NCBI GenBank assembly: GCA_001949185.1 | Contig: BDGG01000001.1 | Span: 4,391,624-4,455,623 of the forward strand | DNA: 64,000 nucleotides | DNA from: Ramazzottius varieornatus | Lineage: Eukaryota; Animalia; Tardigrada | Direction: 5' to 3' | In this document: positions 26,201-38,050 of the stretch, piece by piece | How positions within the stretch are numbered: the first letter of the stretch is position 1 | Layout: each line of letters starts with the position of its first letter | The notes under the pieces: model-generated | The model's input: only the letters and a program-made list of their open reading frames with translations | Told to the model about the DNA's origin: nothing | Databases searched by the model: none | Position numbers and translations under genes: made by a program

Positions 26201-26735
26201 ACATGCATAGATAAAAGGACTACAGTGTATCGCATGTCACGGTCGATAGGAAGACAATCACCACAAGGAAGGCCAACTATCTCCATAGGAGTAATTAAAC
26301 ACCGGCAGATACTTCACGCAAGGCCAAATCATCATACCATAAAATATCACACAAAATCAAAAACGGTAAATTAGGATAAAAGTAAAAACGCACGAAAATA
26401 AAGTTTAAACTATAACTGCATGAATATTTTTGTATAAGATACCTCGTCTTCGCTTTTGTATTTGGCAAGGAGCCCCTTATCGTTGAATTCTTCCAGCACA
26501 TCCTTAATTTTTCTCGGTGAATCTGCAGACAAGGAAATAGTGTTTCCGTTAAGCTGAGTGATGGTGAGCGACGCAAATGGTGATGAAAAAGACCGGAAGA
26601 CAAACCTGATTGGTAATCTTGAAGCTGTTGAAATTCAGCTGGACTCAATTTCTGCCAGCGCAAGTCCACCCCCGAATCAGCGGCGGAAGCGATGCCAGCT
26701 GACGTCGGTGTCAGCGATTTCCGACTGAGCAACAT
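20243..26735 (-). CDS. Dgk: Type I diacylglycerol kinase (DGK alpha/beta/gamma-like; EF hands, two C1 domains, catalytic and accessory domains)
   Basis: [16 protein letters not shown]-terminus. EF hands [17 protein letters not shown] / [15 protein letters not shown]1 domains [17 protein letters not shown] and [66 protein letters not shown]. Confidence 0.95.
24210..24255. repeat. ~47-bp palindromic element, copy 4 (DGK intron)
   Basis: AAACGGCGCAC-24nt-ATGCGCCACTT with flanks TTTTCCC/CGGAAAA. Confidence 0.75.
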
Positions 26736-29700
26736 CCTTCACTGCTGTCTTCTTCTGTCCAAGGTTGAAGTTTCGGCGATCCTTCTACTTTCCATCCATT
26801 TCCTCTGTGAGAAATGTTCTGCCAAGGACTGACAAGGACAAGTGGACATGACGGTGGTGCGGGTTCGTCCTATTCCCCCTTCCAGCTCTCTCACCATGAA
26901 CCCTCTCGACCAGTTGCTGTCAACTTAGGAAGGAGCATTCATCTGTGTTCAATCATCTTCCATTACAGTCTGCAACAATAATAATGAAAAAAGTACAAAA
27001 AGACAGTCGGTCGGTCGGGGTTGCTATTTGACTGTCTGTTGCTGGTAGAGAGGAAGACGAGCAATATTAAAGTAGCAATCGAGCGTCGTGTCTTCGATCT
27101 GCTAAAGCTTAATATCCAGATGCGCTACAGGACAGCTTTTCAGATGAGAGAATGAGTAAATATTGGTACTTGGCCCACGGAAAAGGAAGGCACTGCCCTG
27201 CACTACAACATACACAAGCACAAGAACTGTCCTTCTTTCCTTCCCCCACCGTAGTACCAAATAAATCAATTCACCAATACAGTTACGTTACACAACGTGT
27301 CTCTCTACTCAGCTCCCTCCACTACGATCATGAAGGTTTCTGCAAGCTTTAACAACCAGCCGTAAATTTAACCACACGCAGCAACAGCAGCAGTGTACGA
27401 CTGAATAACGATGCCGGTTGGTTCTTCCTCGCAGTCGCTGAATGGCTCGTCAGAGCATCTCAGTAACCCGATCAAACACACCCAAGGAAGTAGGGTGAAG
27501 TACGCGGGTGTGCGCGCAAGCAGGAAAAAGCCACCCGAATATATATTCTGGCGGAGGATAAAGAGGAGGACAACAGCTGCGCCCAGCTTTTCACTTCCTT
27601 CTCCTCTTCGCATTGCTGAAAAATTCCCCTAACCAATACCCTCCTGCATTCAACATTTATAAATACAAGCACTCAAAAGTAGTTTGCACATAATGCACAT
27701 GCCTAATGTCTTGCCACTTAGCTCGCCGGCAAAGTTCGATAATGGAATTAGGATGCACGAGAGCCAACCCTACCCAAAGACTAATTATTCCACCCGTCCC
27801 TCCAAAAACTTGCGTCACGTTCGCTTACGTTCAAATTAACGTTCTTCAAACGCATTGATCCACCTAAAACTCAAAAATATTCAGCTTACGCAGATGGAAC
27901 GGTTCTTTCTTGCCCGGCTTCCCAGTTGAGCTCGCAGACTGTATAAATCCCGATGAAATGACGCACCGGTTGGAAAGACACTACCCCCGGTCCCCGTTCG
28001 ACTGGCACAATTAATGAAAAGGTCCTTCTGGACTAGGTTCCCCGTTAAGCTTGCGCTTTACAAACCAACACAGAAGAACAGAGAAAAGCACGTGCTCCCA
28101 CTGACATTCCATACATCAACACATGGTTCGATCGAGGGGAATAAGGATGTATATCTGGAATAGGTATCAATCATCACAATCAAAGAGACAACTAGTGTCA
28201 GTTACGCTTTAAAGCTTGCCTGCTGGCGCTGCTACAGTCAGTGGCGTTTAAGGAAGAAAGCCAAACAAAGAAGACATCACTTCCGTACGAATCGGGTTCT
28301 AAAGTGGGTCTATAGTCTGACATGACAGCTAGGCCGCCACTGTAATCCTTCCTTCTCGTGATGGCAAGAGCAAAACGACTTCACTCAGTCCCACATGCCA
28401 CATTTATCCAGCCTGCGTGGATAGAGAAGGAAAGACTGGCCGGCATAGTATAGTGGATGCTTAATGAGGCGCAACAAACTCCTTCATCCTTTTCGCTTCT
28501 TTTGACAACCATAAAGGCATAAGTAGCTGCACTTGCTCTTCCCCTCGTTCCTCCGCCGAACTCCCTTCCCTCTTCGTCCGTACTTCACGAGCACTTCCCG
28601 AAGACCCAACGTTGCCCAACGAGCCTTTGCATTCGTCGTTTAGATTGATTTCATTACAAGAGAGGTTGATACGGAACTCGAGCAGCGCAAGAAATCCGAG
28701 TAGCGTAAGACTTTGGCCCCTCCCATTCTTTACTCTAATCGGCTGAGGTTGAGACCCGCTACGCGATCCAGCCGATTAGCGTAACTTCTCCGGAAGGTTT
28801 TGCAAAACCTCCATCAATTTTCGTAATTAATGACTTTTTGGTAAGATGCGATGTCAAATCACACGAAGTTTCCAGTTCTGATACAGCAACGGAAAAAGTG
28901 ATGTTCAGTTCCGACTGCTTAAAGCCCAAGTGAATCTTGATACGACAAGCATCAGTTAAAGGCAAAGTAAAATCTAGAAAGTGGCAAAAACCACAGTTAG
29001 AGACACAGTTCGTATTGTGGCAAAAGTCACAGTTGAAGTTGCAGTCTCATCAAATTTTCGAAAGACACAGTTACACCCACAGTCAAACCGAGATTTTCGT
29101 TGTTTTCTAGGTTGACACAGTTAAGCGTGCAGTCGTTGCTATAGTTTGACGAATAATTAATAATCGACGTTAAACCCTGAAAGATTCAGTTAGAAGGGCA
29201 GTTAGCACCTCGGTGGGACGTCTTGAAAGCAAATCGGAGGTTTTGAAAAACTTTCGGGAAGAAATACCCACAAAAAAGCTTAGTTGGAACGTTACTCGGA
29301 TTTCTTTCGCACTCGAGTAACGGCCCATATGCCTTACACGGGAATAAAGCACCGAGCACATTAGTGGGTTCAGTCGGTTCGGCTCCGCCCACGTGCTCCA
29401 TTTCAATTGGCTCATTTCTACGCTAATCCGATTTCTTGCTCTGCTCGAGCGCCGTATCAACCTCTGGACCGAGTCTTGCCTACCACCGCCACATAAATCC
29501 CCACACAATAAGCATCCACTCAGCGAACCACCGGGCCAAACAAGCTGCCAAAATTACCGCGCTTCAAAGTAATGCCATTTCATCATGCTCAATGCTTCGT
29601 AGGCTCGTAATTCCGTCCGACATGCTGATACAAAGTACCCGTCGTTAAACCTTTCCGCGGTTGTCGCTGGGCAAAAAGAAGTCATTAAAGAGATCCCTGG

Positions 29701-32700
29701 TGAAAGCCATAACACTTTCTCGGCCTTAGAGTGTCCTTCCGGTGTTGTCTGTCCGACTACCCGCGGGAAAAAGTAATTTGGCGCTTAATGAGCTTTTTAT
29801 CCGGCAAGCGACAGTAAAAACCCTCGTGCAGTTACGTCATTCACCCACCGAGCCCGCTACAACCCCGCAGCTGGTAACCATAAACCCGTTCAAAATCAGA
29901 ATGATGCAACAGTTTCTTGCCATTGTAAAAACCAACTGAAATTTTCTCGTCGTGAATTTTAGCCAAAACTGTAATACTAACTTTTCGAATATTTTTCTTT
30001 ATCGAGACTACATAGCCAATCTTGCGCTAGGTCGAATTGGGTTCCTCACTTACGGGACGAGTACTGTATTCCCAGAAAATATATTTGTACTGTTGTACAG
30101 ATGCTTCCCCGTGAACAGCAAAAGAACTTCACTATATCCACAGCGACCTGAGTAATTCCCCCAGCATCGAAAGTTGCATGTCGTTGGGCGAGCCCGGCGA
30201 GGAGCGATTCTACTGTCATCCACAAAAAGCGCAAGCTCTGACGCCAGGCCGTAGCGCGTGTTACATCTGCTCGCTCAAGGAAAAGCAAGATAAAGCCGGG
30301 CGAGTAACCCAGTAATCACCCCTGCCATGTAATTATTGATTTGCCTGCTATTCAAATCTTCAAAGGAGACTCAAACAGTCAAACCTTTCTGTCTCTTCTC
30401 GCTTCTTTTCCGTTTGGAAATTACATCTTAGCGGTAACTGTGACGCATGGAGCCATGCTGCGTTCGACTTGTCCTGACACCCATCGCCGAGCTAGACTCT
30501 TCCTCGGAGCGAGCGGAGACCCTGGTCGCCAATCGACTCGCTGGTATGCTCTTGTACACACACTTGCAAAGCGGATTATCCAAGAGACTCATCCGATCGA
30601 CTGACGAGAGCTTGTCTCGTGAACGCCTTACAAGCATATCATATCATTTGCCCTCTTGCTTCGTGGAAGAAACAGTCAACTTTCCCAATTGACGCTAAAG
30701 AATTCACTTATCACTCCAACTGCCCCCTGTCGCACGCCTTCTCTTCTCTTCGAACCTGACTCAACCACCCTTCTGACAACAACAAGAACGTTAAAGCAAG
30801 ATTATTTAGGGAAATTTCAAAGAATTTTGAAAAAGCTTGCCGATTGAAAGTATGCCAGCGTATTAACCGTGAAAATTTCCCTTCAGTGAGGAAAGCTATC
30901 TGAAGTTCGGGGAGAAAATAAGAACATCTAGATAAAAGTCAGTGACGGTTCGTGCACTAAAGAAGAGCAACTTGATGACAGCAGCATATGGCGCTACCGT
31001 TAGCGCTGCATCTTTCTCGTCTTTCAGCGAGCTTCTGCTTGTGAAGGACACGGCAAGATGTCACCGGAAATGATACCATATCTCTTCGTATCAGGTTCTT
31101 TTTGTAGCGTTTTGTCAAAGGCCATTACAATCCTAGTCTAGCTGAGAAATGCTGTCTACAGCGCACTAGACAATGCCCCGCGGTCCTGCACTAAATCTAC
31201 ACGACTGTGAAAAAATTCAGCCAACAAAACCATACTGTATATGCACCTTCAGGCTCGTTTACCACCCCTAGCCTACACAAATCTAAGTTCGTTCAGGGCT
31301 TCGCATCAGATGCATTCTAGAAAGACCCCGTCGCACCGCCACCCAAGGTCCTTCTCCAGGAACCGAGATGATCCTATCCGGACTCTGAAGCATTACAAAG
31401 GAGCGGTATCATAATGGGAAACGGGTCTTCAGATGTCACGAAGGTGCTTGCCTTAGATTCATCATTTGATCTAATGAACGGCACGAGGAAAAAAACCTTT
31501 AAGGGAGAAAGACAGGAGAGATAAGTTCATGATTTCGAGTAATTTTGGCTGATATATCTCCTCGTCGATCGCAACGGAAAAAAAGTACTATGCAGTTGCA
31601 GCTTAATCCCTAGGGAGTCGTGCTAGGGAGACTGTTGGGAAACGCAGCGTAGGCTATCAGAAAAGTGCGCACCAAGCAATATCGAACAACTTGCTCACAC
31701 AAGACTTCTCTACATCGGAAGCTGTCGAATTTTCTATATCAAGTGAACTCGGACTTCGCAACATTAGAAAACGACCTGTTCGTTACAAACTCGGCGCTAC
31801 GTCTTCGAAAGCCACGCCAGCACCAACCATCACAACCGGACAAACCGACTATTCTCAAAACCAACTTTTCCTCGACCGTATCGCGGAGAGAAAGCTTACC
31901 TGAAAAGTTCATTGAATCTGACAGCGCGTATAGGCTTTTTATGGAGGTGAATATGACGACGAGAGCGGCGAGACGGTCCAGAGCCCGCCGAGGCTGTGAT
32001 TTTGTCCAAGAGAGTGAAGCAAGACCATCTACATTCAACCGAAACAAAAAATGTACCTTCGTCAATTCGTACTGTTATATCTGGCGTACCTGCTCAAAAG
32101 TTGAAGAGCCGTCACTTCGCCTAGCCTGTGTCAGCTTCCTAAACATGAAACATACGTCAAACTCAAAAGGTTTGTCCCGTCAAGAGGGTGGCATTAATGT
32201 CACCGCAGCCGACCAGCGCTGAACATGAAAAGAACTACAGTAGGCCTGAATCCCCTGATTACGATGACAGACAGATTATCGCTTAGTCCAGAAACAGCAG
32301 ACAGGTAATCACCAACCTAATCAGCACATTCTTCAGTGCAGTCCGACCCCGAAGGTTCGTCGACAGGACAGCACCAGTATTCGCTTGCGAAGCATACAGT
32401 AATCCCGTTCTTGCTTCCGGTTACAGTGTCACGAAATTTACCCGCCCTGCAACGAAACGTCACTGTACACAAGATTAGGCATAAGGCTATTTGTTCAAGC
32501 GGGGGAGTCTTGTACAGGTTTACACATATAAAATTGAGACGCTTTGGTCAAACATATCAAGAGGTACAACGTTTGGTGGAAATTCTTATTACACAAGTCA
32601 GAATTCTCATCCTTTGTTCACCTGTCAAAGAATAACAGACACGATCCGGACAGCAATTGCAACATATACCTTCCTCCTTCTCATAGCTCCTTCGCCTATG

Positions 32701-32975
32701 ATTATCAAAGCAAGCTGGATATCCCATAAGGGAGTCGTTTGGGATGCTTGTTCCATCGAAGTGATCTAGACTGCATGATGATGGTAAAGCGCTGCAACTT
32801 GGAAGACAGAGCACTGCGATGCCGGAGCTCAACAACCAGCAGTTCAAGTTCCGATAAAGGAATCCCGCAGAGCTGCAGTGCAGGACTACGGCGGCATCGG
32901 GATTTGAGAGTATGCGTAGTGTCCGAAAAGGGATACGGGGAGTGGGACTGTGGGAGCGAAGCAACTAACAAGATA

Positions 32976-33315
32976 CGAGGTAAACGTCACAATTTGGGCG
33001 GGCCAGTTTTTCCGTCATAATTCTGGCGACTCGAAACGTTGATACGTTATTCGCTACGCTGTATTGATTGATCACCGTACGTCGGCTGATACAACTTTAG
33101 GCTTTTTAACATTGCGCATACCCCTCTTCCTCCCACCGCTGACTCCGCAACTCTTTGACATCTTCCGATCTTTCAACCTATCACAAGAGATAGAAGAGAG
33201 GATGTTCTACCCTGGGAAGCAAAACCTAGGCAGTTTGGAGCAGAAACAGCTGAGATACAGACCGCCCAAATTGTGACGGGAAAACTGGCTCGCCCGAATT
33301 GTGACGTTTACCCCG
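32976..33315. mobile_element. Tc1/mariner-superfamily MITE (340 bp)
   Basis: ~54-bp TIRs (CGAGGTAAACGTCACAATTTGGGCGGGCCAGTTTT.. / ..AAAACTGGCTCGCCCGAATTGTGACGTTTACCCCG) with TA on both sides. Confidence 0.85.
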
Positions 33316-34065
33316 TAATGAAGATGTCGAGATAATCAACAAATAAAATGGGGAACCGGCGCGAGGGCTGGCGCATGACCTCGCTGACCTGGAGAGGTCG
33401 ACCTTGCTTACTCTGTGAAGGGTAAAAAAAACTTGACGACTCGATTCAGCCGGGCGCCCTTAATGTCAAGGGTTTTTGTTTACTTTAAAATTCCGATCAT
33501 TTCGGACAGAATTTAAGTACGTGCGTGCATTTGTACCTTAGGTCGTGGATGTTTTTTACTGTACTACATGTCGATTCTCGTTCAGCTGATCGGGGATTTA
33601 AATACGGCGGTGTTTCGCCGTAAAGATGGGCTTCACGAGCTGACGTAAGCCAGTGCGCTTGTAAACTGCTGTCCGCAAAAAGTCTCTGTTTGTATGACTC
33701 GTGTGATCCAGAATTCCAGATTCCTCGTCCCCACCTGTTGCTCCTACTTAGAGATACTCCAGCCCTAGGAATTTCGCAACCTCAAACAGGCTTATTCTTC
33801 AGCAAGATACTCTCCGCGCTTTCGCAGCTTCCGGGCCATTCCTTGCCATCCCCAGTCGACCTTCTTAATATCTGCATCATGCCTAAGGTGGGGGATGTTA
33901 CAATTCTTATTCGGAGGACGAGAAACGTCGGGCAGTTGACCATTATTATGAGGAGAAGGAGAGGAACGGCGTAACGATTAGGGAGTTTGCACATAAACTC
34001 CGGATTCCGAAGAGCATGTTGTTTGAGTGGATCAACGGGTACAATCTTGTCAAGTTTTCTTGCGT

Positions 34066-34112
34066 GACAGGCGCACGTCTTCAGTATTATCGGCTGGACG
34101 CGTGCGCCACTT
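34066..34112. repeat. ~47-bp palindromic element, copy 5 (transposase intron 1)
   Basis: GGCGCAC-25nt-GTGCGCCACTT. Confidence 0.8.
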
Positions 34113-34509
34113 GAAAAAGGATCTTGCCGGGTTTGCTTTCGCGTGTGTTGCACGTCTTAGTGCTAGGGAGTAACCACAGCGTTCATCTTTTCTGGACCAT
34201 CTGGTCCGCCTTCTCTCAAACAGAAGCGTCCCGTCAGATTTCGGGCAATGCAAGACGAAGTGTACCTTTACGTGTTAGATCAAAGATATCTCGGAATCGA
34301 AGTAAGAAACAGCAGTATAAAGGAGAAAGCGTTGGAGATCGTGAAACGTGATCACGGAGAAAACACAGGCTTCAAGGCGTTGGATCACTGGTGCTGTACC
34401 TTCAAGAAGAGATACAGCCTCGTTACCCGAGCCGTAACACATACTGCCCGAAAAACCACGTTCACGGCTGAAGATCTGGTAAATCCTGTATAACCTGCAA
34501 TGCTTTCTG

Positions 34510-34555
34510 GAGTGGCGCACACTTCCAGCTAATTACACTGACATACGCGCCGCTT
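34510..34555. repeat. ~47-bp palindromic element, copy 6 (transposase intron 2)
   Basis: GAGTGGCGCAC-24nt-ACGCGCCGCTT. Confidence 0.75.
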
Positions 34556-34945
34556 GAAATAACATTGTACGTTTCGTCTGCCGGCTTTTCAAATGACTTT
34601 CGCTTTTAGGAAATCCATGAGAAGTTCTTCTGTGCAATTGAAGACCACGTCAACATGGCAAACCTTCCCAAATCAAGGGTCCTTAACATGGATCAAACGA
34701 TGGTCCGTGTGGTCGCACCGGGAAAGAAAACAATCCCAAAGGAGTAAAAGAGGTGAAAATTTCTTCGTAACGATCGTGATTTTAGTATCTCGAATATTTT
34801 CTGGAGAGAACAATTTTTTTCCCTAGGTATCTGTTTCACATCCCACAGGAGACAAGGAAGGCTTTACTGTGAACCTCACCATCAGGGCAGATGGATTCAA
34901 ATATCCCGCTGAAGTTATCTTCAAGACTACGGCGAAGGCTGGAGT

Positions 34946-35042
34946 TAGGGTTGTTAATGGAGGGATAAATCATTTATCCAATCCAAGTTTTATCCGGATA
35001 AATCCGGATACATCCGTTGTGGTTGGATAATTAACATCCCTA
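34946..35042. mobile_element. 97-bp hAT-type MITE nested in a pogo transposase exon
   Basis: TIR TAGGGTTGTTAAT / ATTAACATCCCTA; perfect 8-bp TSD GCTGGAGT. Removing the element restores the frame ..AKAGVLSDAY.. Confidence 0.92.
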
Positions 35043-35326
35043 GCTGGAGTGTTGAGTGACGCGTACATCGCAAAACTGAATGTTCCTAAGAATATCGTAG
35101 TGAGAAGTGCGCGAAAGGCTTGGTGGAATGGTCGATTCGACGATGACTATGTTGACAAAATTTTCCCACCACCTTATCCTCCAACCGTGATTTTTCGCGA
35201 CAAGTTCTCCGTGCATGTGAGAGGCGAGAGTTTTGACGCCATGGAACAACGCAATGTTCAACAGATTGTTATTCCTCCAGGTCAGGTCTGCTCGAAATAA
35301 GTTAAAAGAGCCAGTTCGTTTTTCAT

Positions 35327-35456
35327 AAGTGGCGCAAACGTCCAGCTAGTGACAGTGGAAGCGTGCGCCACTTGCGAACAGCAATCAAACGCGAGTAGAG
35401 CGATTTCCTAAGTGGCGCACACTTTGAGCTAATAACACTGAGAACGTGCGCCGCTT
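35327..35456. repeat. Two tandem ~47-bp palindromic elements, copies 7 and 8 (transposase intron 4)
   Basis: 35327-35373 and 35410-35456, each with 11-bp arms and a 25-nt core. Confidence 0.85.
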
Positions 35457-38050
35457 TTGCTCGTCCCGAATATGCGTGTTTCAGGCATGACTGGGAAATA
35501 CCAACCGCTCGACGTGAGCGTTAACGGGATTTTCAAACAATTCTTGAAAGAAGAATACAGACGTTGGAGGCGAGAAAAAATTAGCTTCACCGCAGCAGGC
35601 TATATCAAGAAACCTGGGAAAAACGAGTTCATACAGATGGCGTCCTCAGCTTGGAAGAAAGTGGATGTGGAAGTTGTCAAAAAATCCTTTTACGCAGCAG
35701 AGCTCCTTCGGAAAAGCGATGTTTTGCCAGAGTTCAACGAGATAACCTGGCTGTGGTTTCCCACTACCTGCGAGAGGAACCGTTGTGAGCTGACAACGGA
35801 TGTCAAGTGCCTTGCTGACCGATCGCCTCGGTATGACCAGACAGCCAGCGTTTCCGGAAATAAGAGCTGCAAAAGATCCAAATTCCCTTCGGTTTGTGTA
35901 GGTGAGACGGTGGAAGAAGATTCCAATGAGCTGGAATTAAGCTTGGTAAAAGACTCCTCTTTTTTCGAAGAAGAGACCAACGATTCAGACACTGATATGG
36001 AGGCCGAGGAAGAAGAAGACGAGGATAACTGAGTTGTCGATTTTGGTGTGTTATCGAGTCATGTGAACAGTAAAGAGACTTTCTACGTCAGCCATCAGTT
36101 TGCTTGTGGTGCATCCTGCTGTAGGGTATAAACCCCCGATCAGCTGATCGAAGATCCATACGTACAGTAAAACATATCTACGACCTAGGGTACAAATGCA
36201 CGCACGTACTTAAATTCTGCCCGAAATGATCGGAATTTTAAAGTAACCGCTCGCAACTGTTGCCGCATTGTTGCGTTTCTTGATTCTCTTTGTCAGTCTT
36301 CTCCTTGCACCTCAGCACCTCCTGATTCTCCTCGAATAAACAGTCTAGCCTCTCCCGATACGTAGATCAAAGGCTTTGAAGTCTTTGCAGGTGATGGTGA
36401 TGAATTCCATGGACGTTGCGGGACAGGATATCAACGATGAGATGCCGGCGGGCAAGCGTCATTGCGCAGAGATTCACAACTTGCCAGATTCTACAGCCCG
36501 AAATTCTCCGAGCCCGTCCGATTCACGAAACGTGGACGTGTGTCCGCGGAGCATAAAGAGGTCTTCTGGAAGGTGGAGTTCTACTCGCAACATGATGTGG
36601 AGACTGGAGAAGGTTCTGCAAACGAAGCAATGGCAGGTGGGATCAACATGGGACAGCCGAGAATTTTGACATTGAGTTTTGTAATCATGATAGCGTGATA
36701 CCAGTCGTAAAGTGCAAAACAAAAGTGTGATTCATACATTCCGTTTCTAGTATCTGGACAAGAATTGCATACGTTTGAGAAGAAGCGAAGAACATGAAGT
36801 CGTGCGATAGACTGCATAACATTGGCGTCCATCACGGAGGCCTTCAGTGGACATTTAATCGTATATGGACTTGTCTCGACGTCCACGTTTGCGAAGGTGG
36901 GTTTAATCTGCATGAAGATCGCGGCTTCTTCTAAAGTATCACCCTTGCTGCATCTATCCAGTACCGTCAGTTATCTCAGAGTGTACAGACAGTGGGAATT
37001 GGGAAGGTCTGCTGGTGATCTTGTGTCAGCGGAAATCGAGGCAGAGTCTGGTTTTCAGGGATCAGCAGCAATGACGCTTGGCCTAACAAGCATTTTTTGG
37101 CAACTTTGGAAAACCTTTGGGAGAAAAGTCAGAAAGCGGGCAGCGCAGCGGCGCGACTGATTTTGAAATGTGTCCCCGATGGCAGACTGGATGCAGAAGA
37201 TACCTTCAGACCGTGGGATCCAGATCGTCCGTTCGATCGATTTCCGCGAGAACGGAGTCATTCGGATGAAGTGGTGGTTAGCGGTCTCATCAGTCTCTTG
37301 TACCACGGAGGACTTAATGTTCAACGGAGAGCCACTTTAGCCACGCTCAGTGAAGATCGTCCTCTATAAAATTAATGCCATTTCTCGTTCTACCGATGTT
37401 TCTTAGCTGTAAAGAGAGATTCAGCAAACCGCGATGAACGATATCGGTGTCACTCCCTTCGCGTCAGCTACCTGCCTGTTGACGTCGTCCGGAGTCTGAC
37501 TTCGGAAGACCGCCGAGCAAGCCTCTTTCGCGAACTGGATAAATGCCGTCCGTTCTGGCCGTTCCCTCCTGAACAGCTGGAATGGCTCAAGTCTGCTTTG
37601 AGTGCCTGCGCGAGAGATCAGGCTGAAGAAAGGAACAGTAGAGAGGATTATTGTCTTTGCCACAGCATCAAGAGATTCCAGGAGAAGAACAAGTACACCA
37701 TAAAATGGGCTTCCACGGGCGACGGTCTTCGAAAAGTTCCAGCTCTCATGGCACGATTGTTTCTTGCTGGCCATGTTGCTCGCACGTTCAACCTTGTTCA
37801 AAGTACCTCCGCCTCGCGTGAAGATTAACAAAAAAAGGCTTCAATTTTCATCAGTACAAGTACGCGTGAATGATTCGAATCGCCGAAAGGTGTAAGTATA
37901 TATGGAACTGAAATTCAGTTATCTCACATCGTCTAAATGATCGAAAACAGCAAACGATTTTTATACCGGAGAACATCTCTGATTAATTAGAATATGTAAA
38001 TTGTACGTAAGAGCAAACCGATTTGGCAAGTGTCAGATGTTGTCTGTCAT

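Larger units (their letters stand above)
33879..36032 (+). pseudogene. pogo transposase with 4 introns (HTH, CENP-B HTH, DDE_1), frameshifted and interrupted
   Basis: YSEDEKRRAV..IREFAHKLRIPKSMLFEW (HTH); IKEKALEI..FKALDHWCCTFKKRYSL (CENP-B HTH); NMDQT; FRDKFSVH..35 aa..QPLD; acidic tail. Frameshifts near 33892 and 34737, and a MITE insertion. Confidence 0.85.
33483..36243 (+). mobile_element. pogo-family DNA transposon (DD35D), full length, degenerate
   Basis: ~120-bp TIRs (CTTTAAAATTCCGATCATTTCGGACAGAATTTAAGTACGTGCGTGCATTTGTACC...), TA target duplication, internal spliced transposase. Confidence 0.92.

Noticed and set aside
29170-32970. ORFs such as 31665-32222
   Set aside because: No recognisable domains or splice-linked chain; not supportable.
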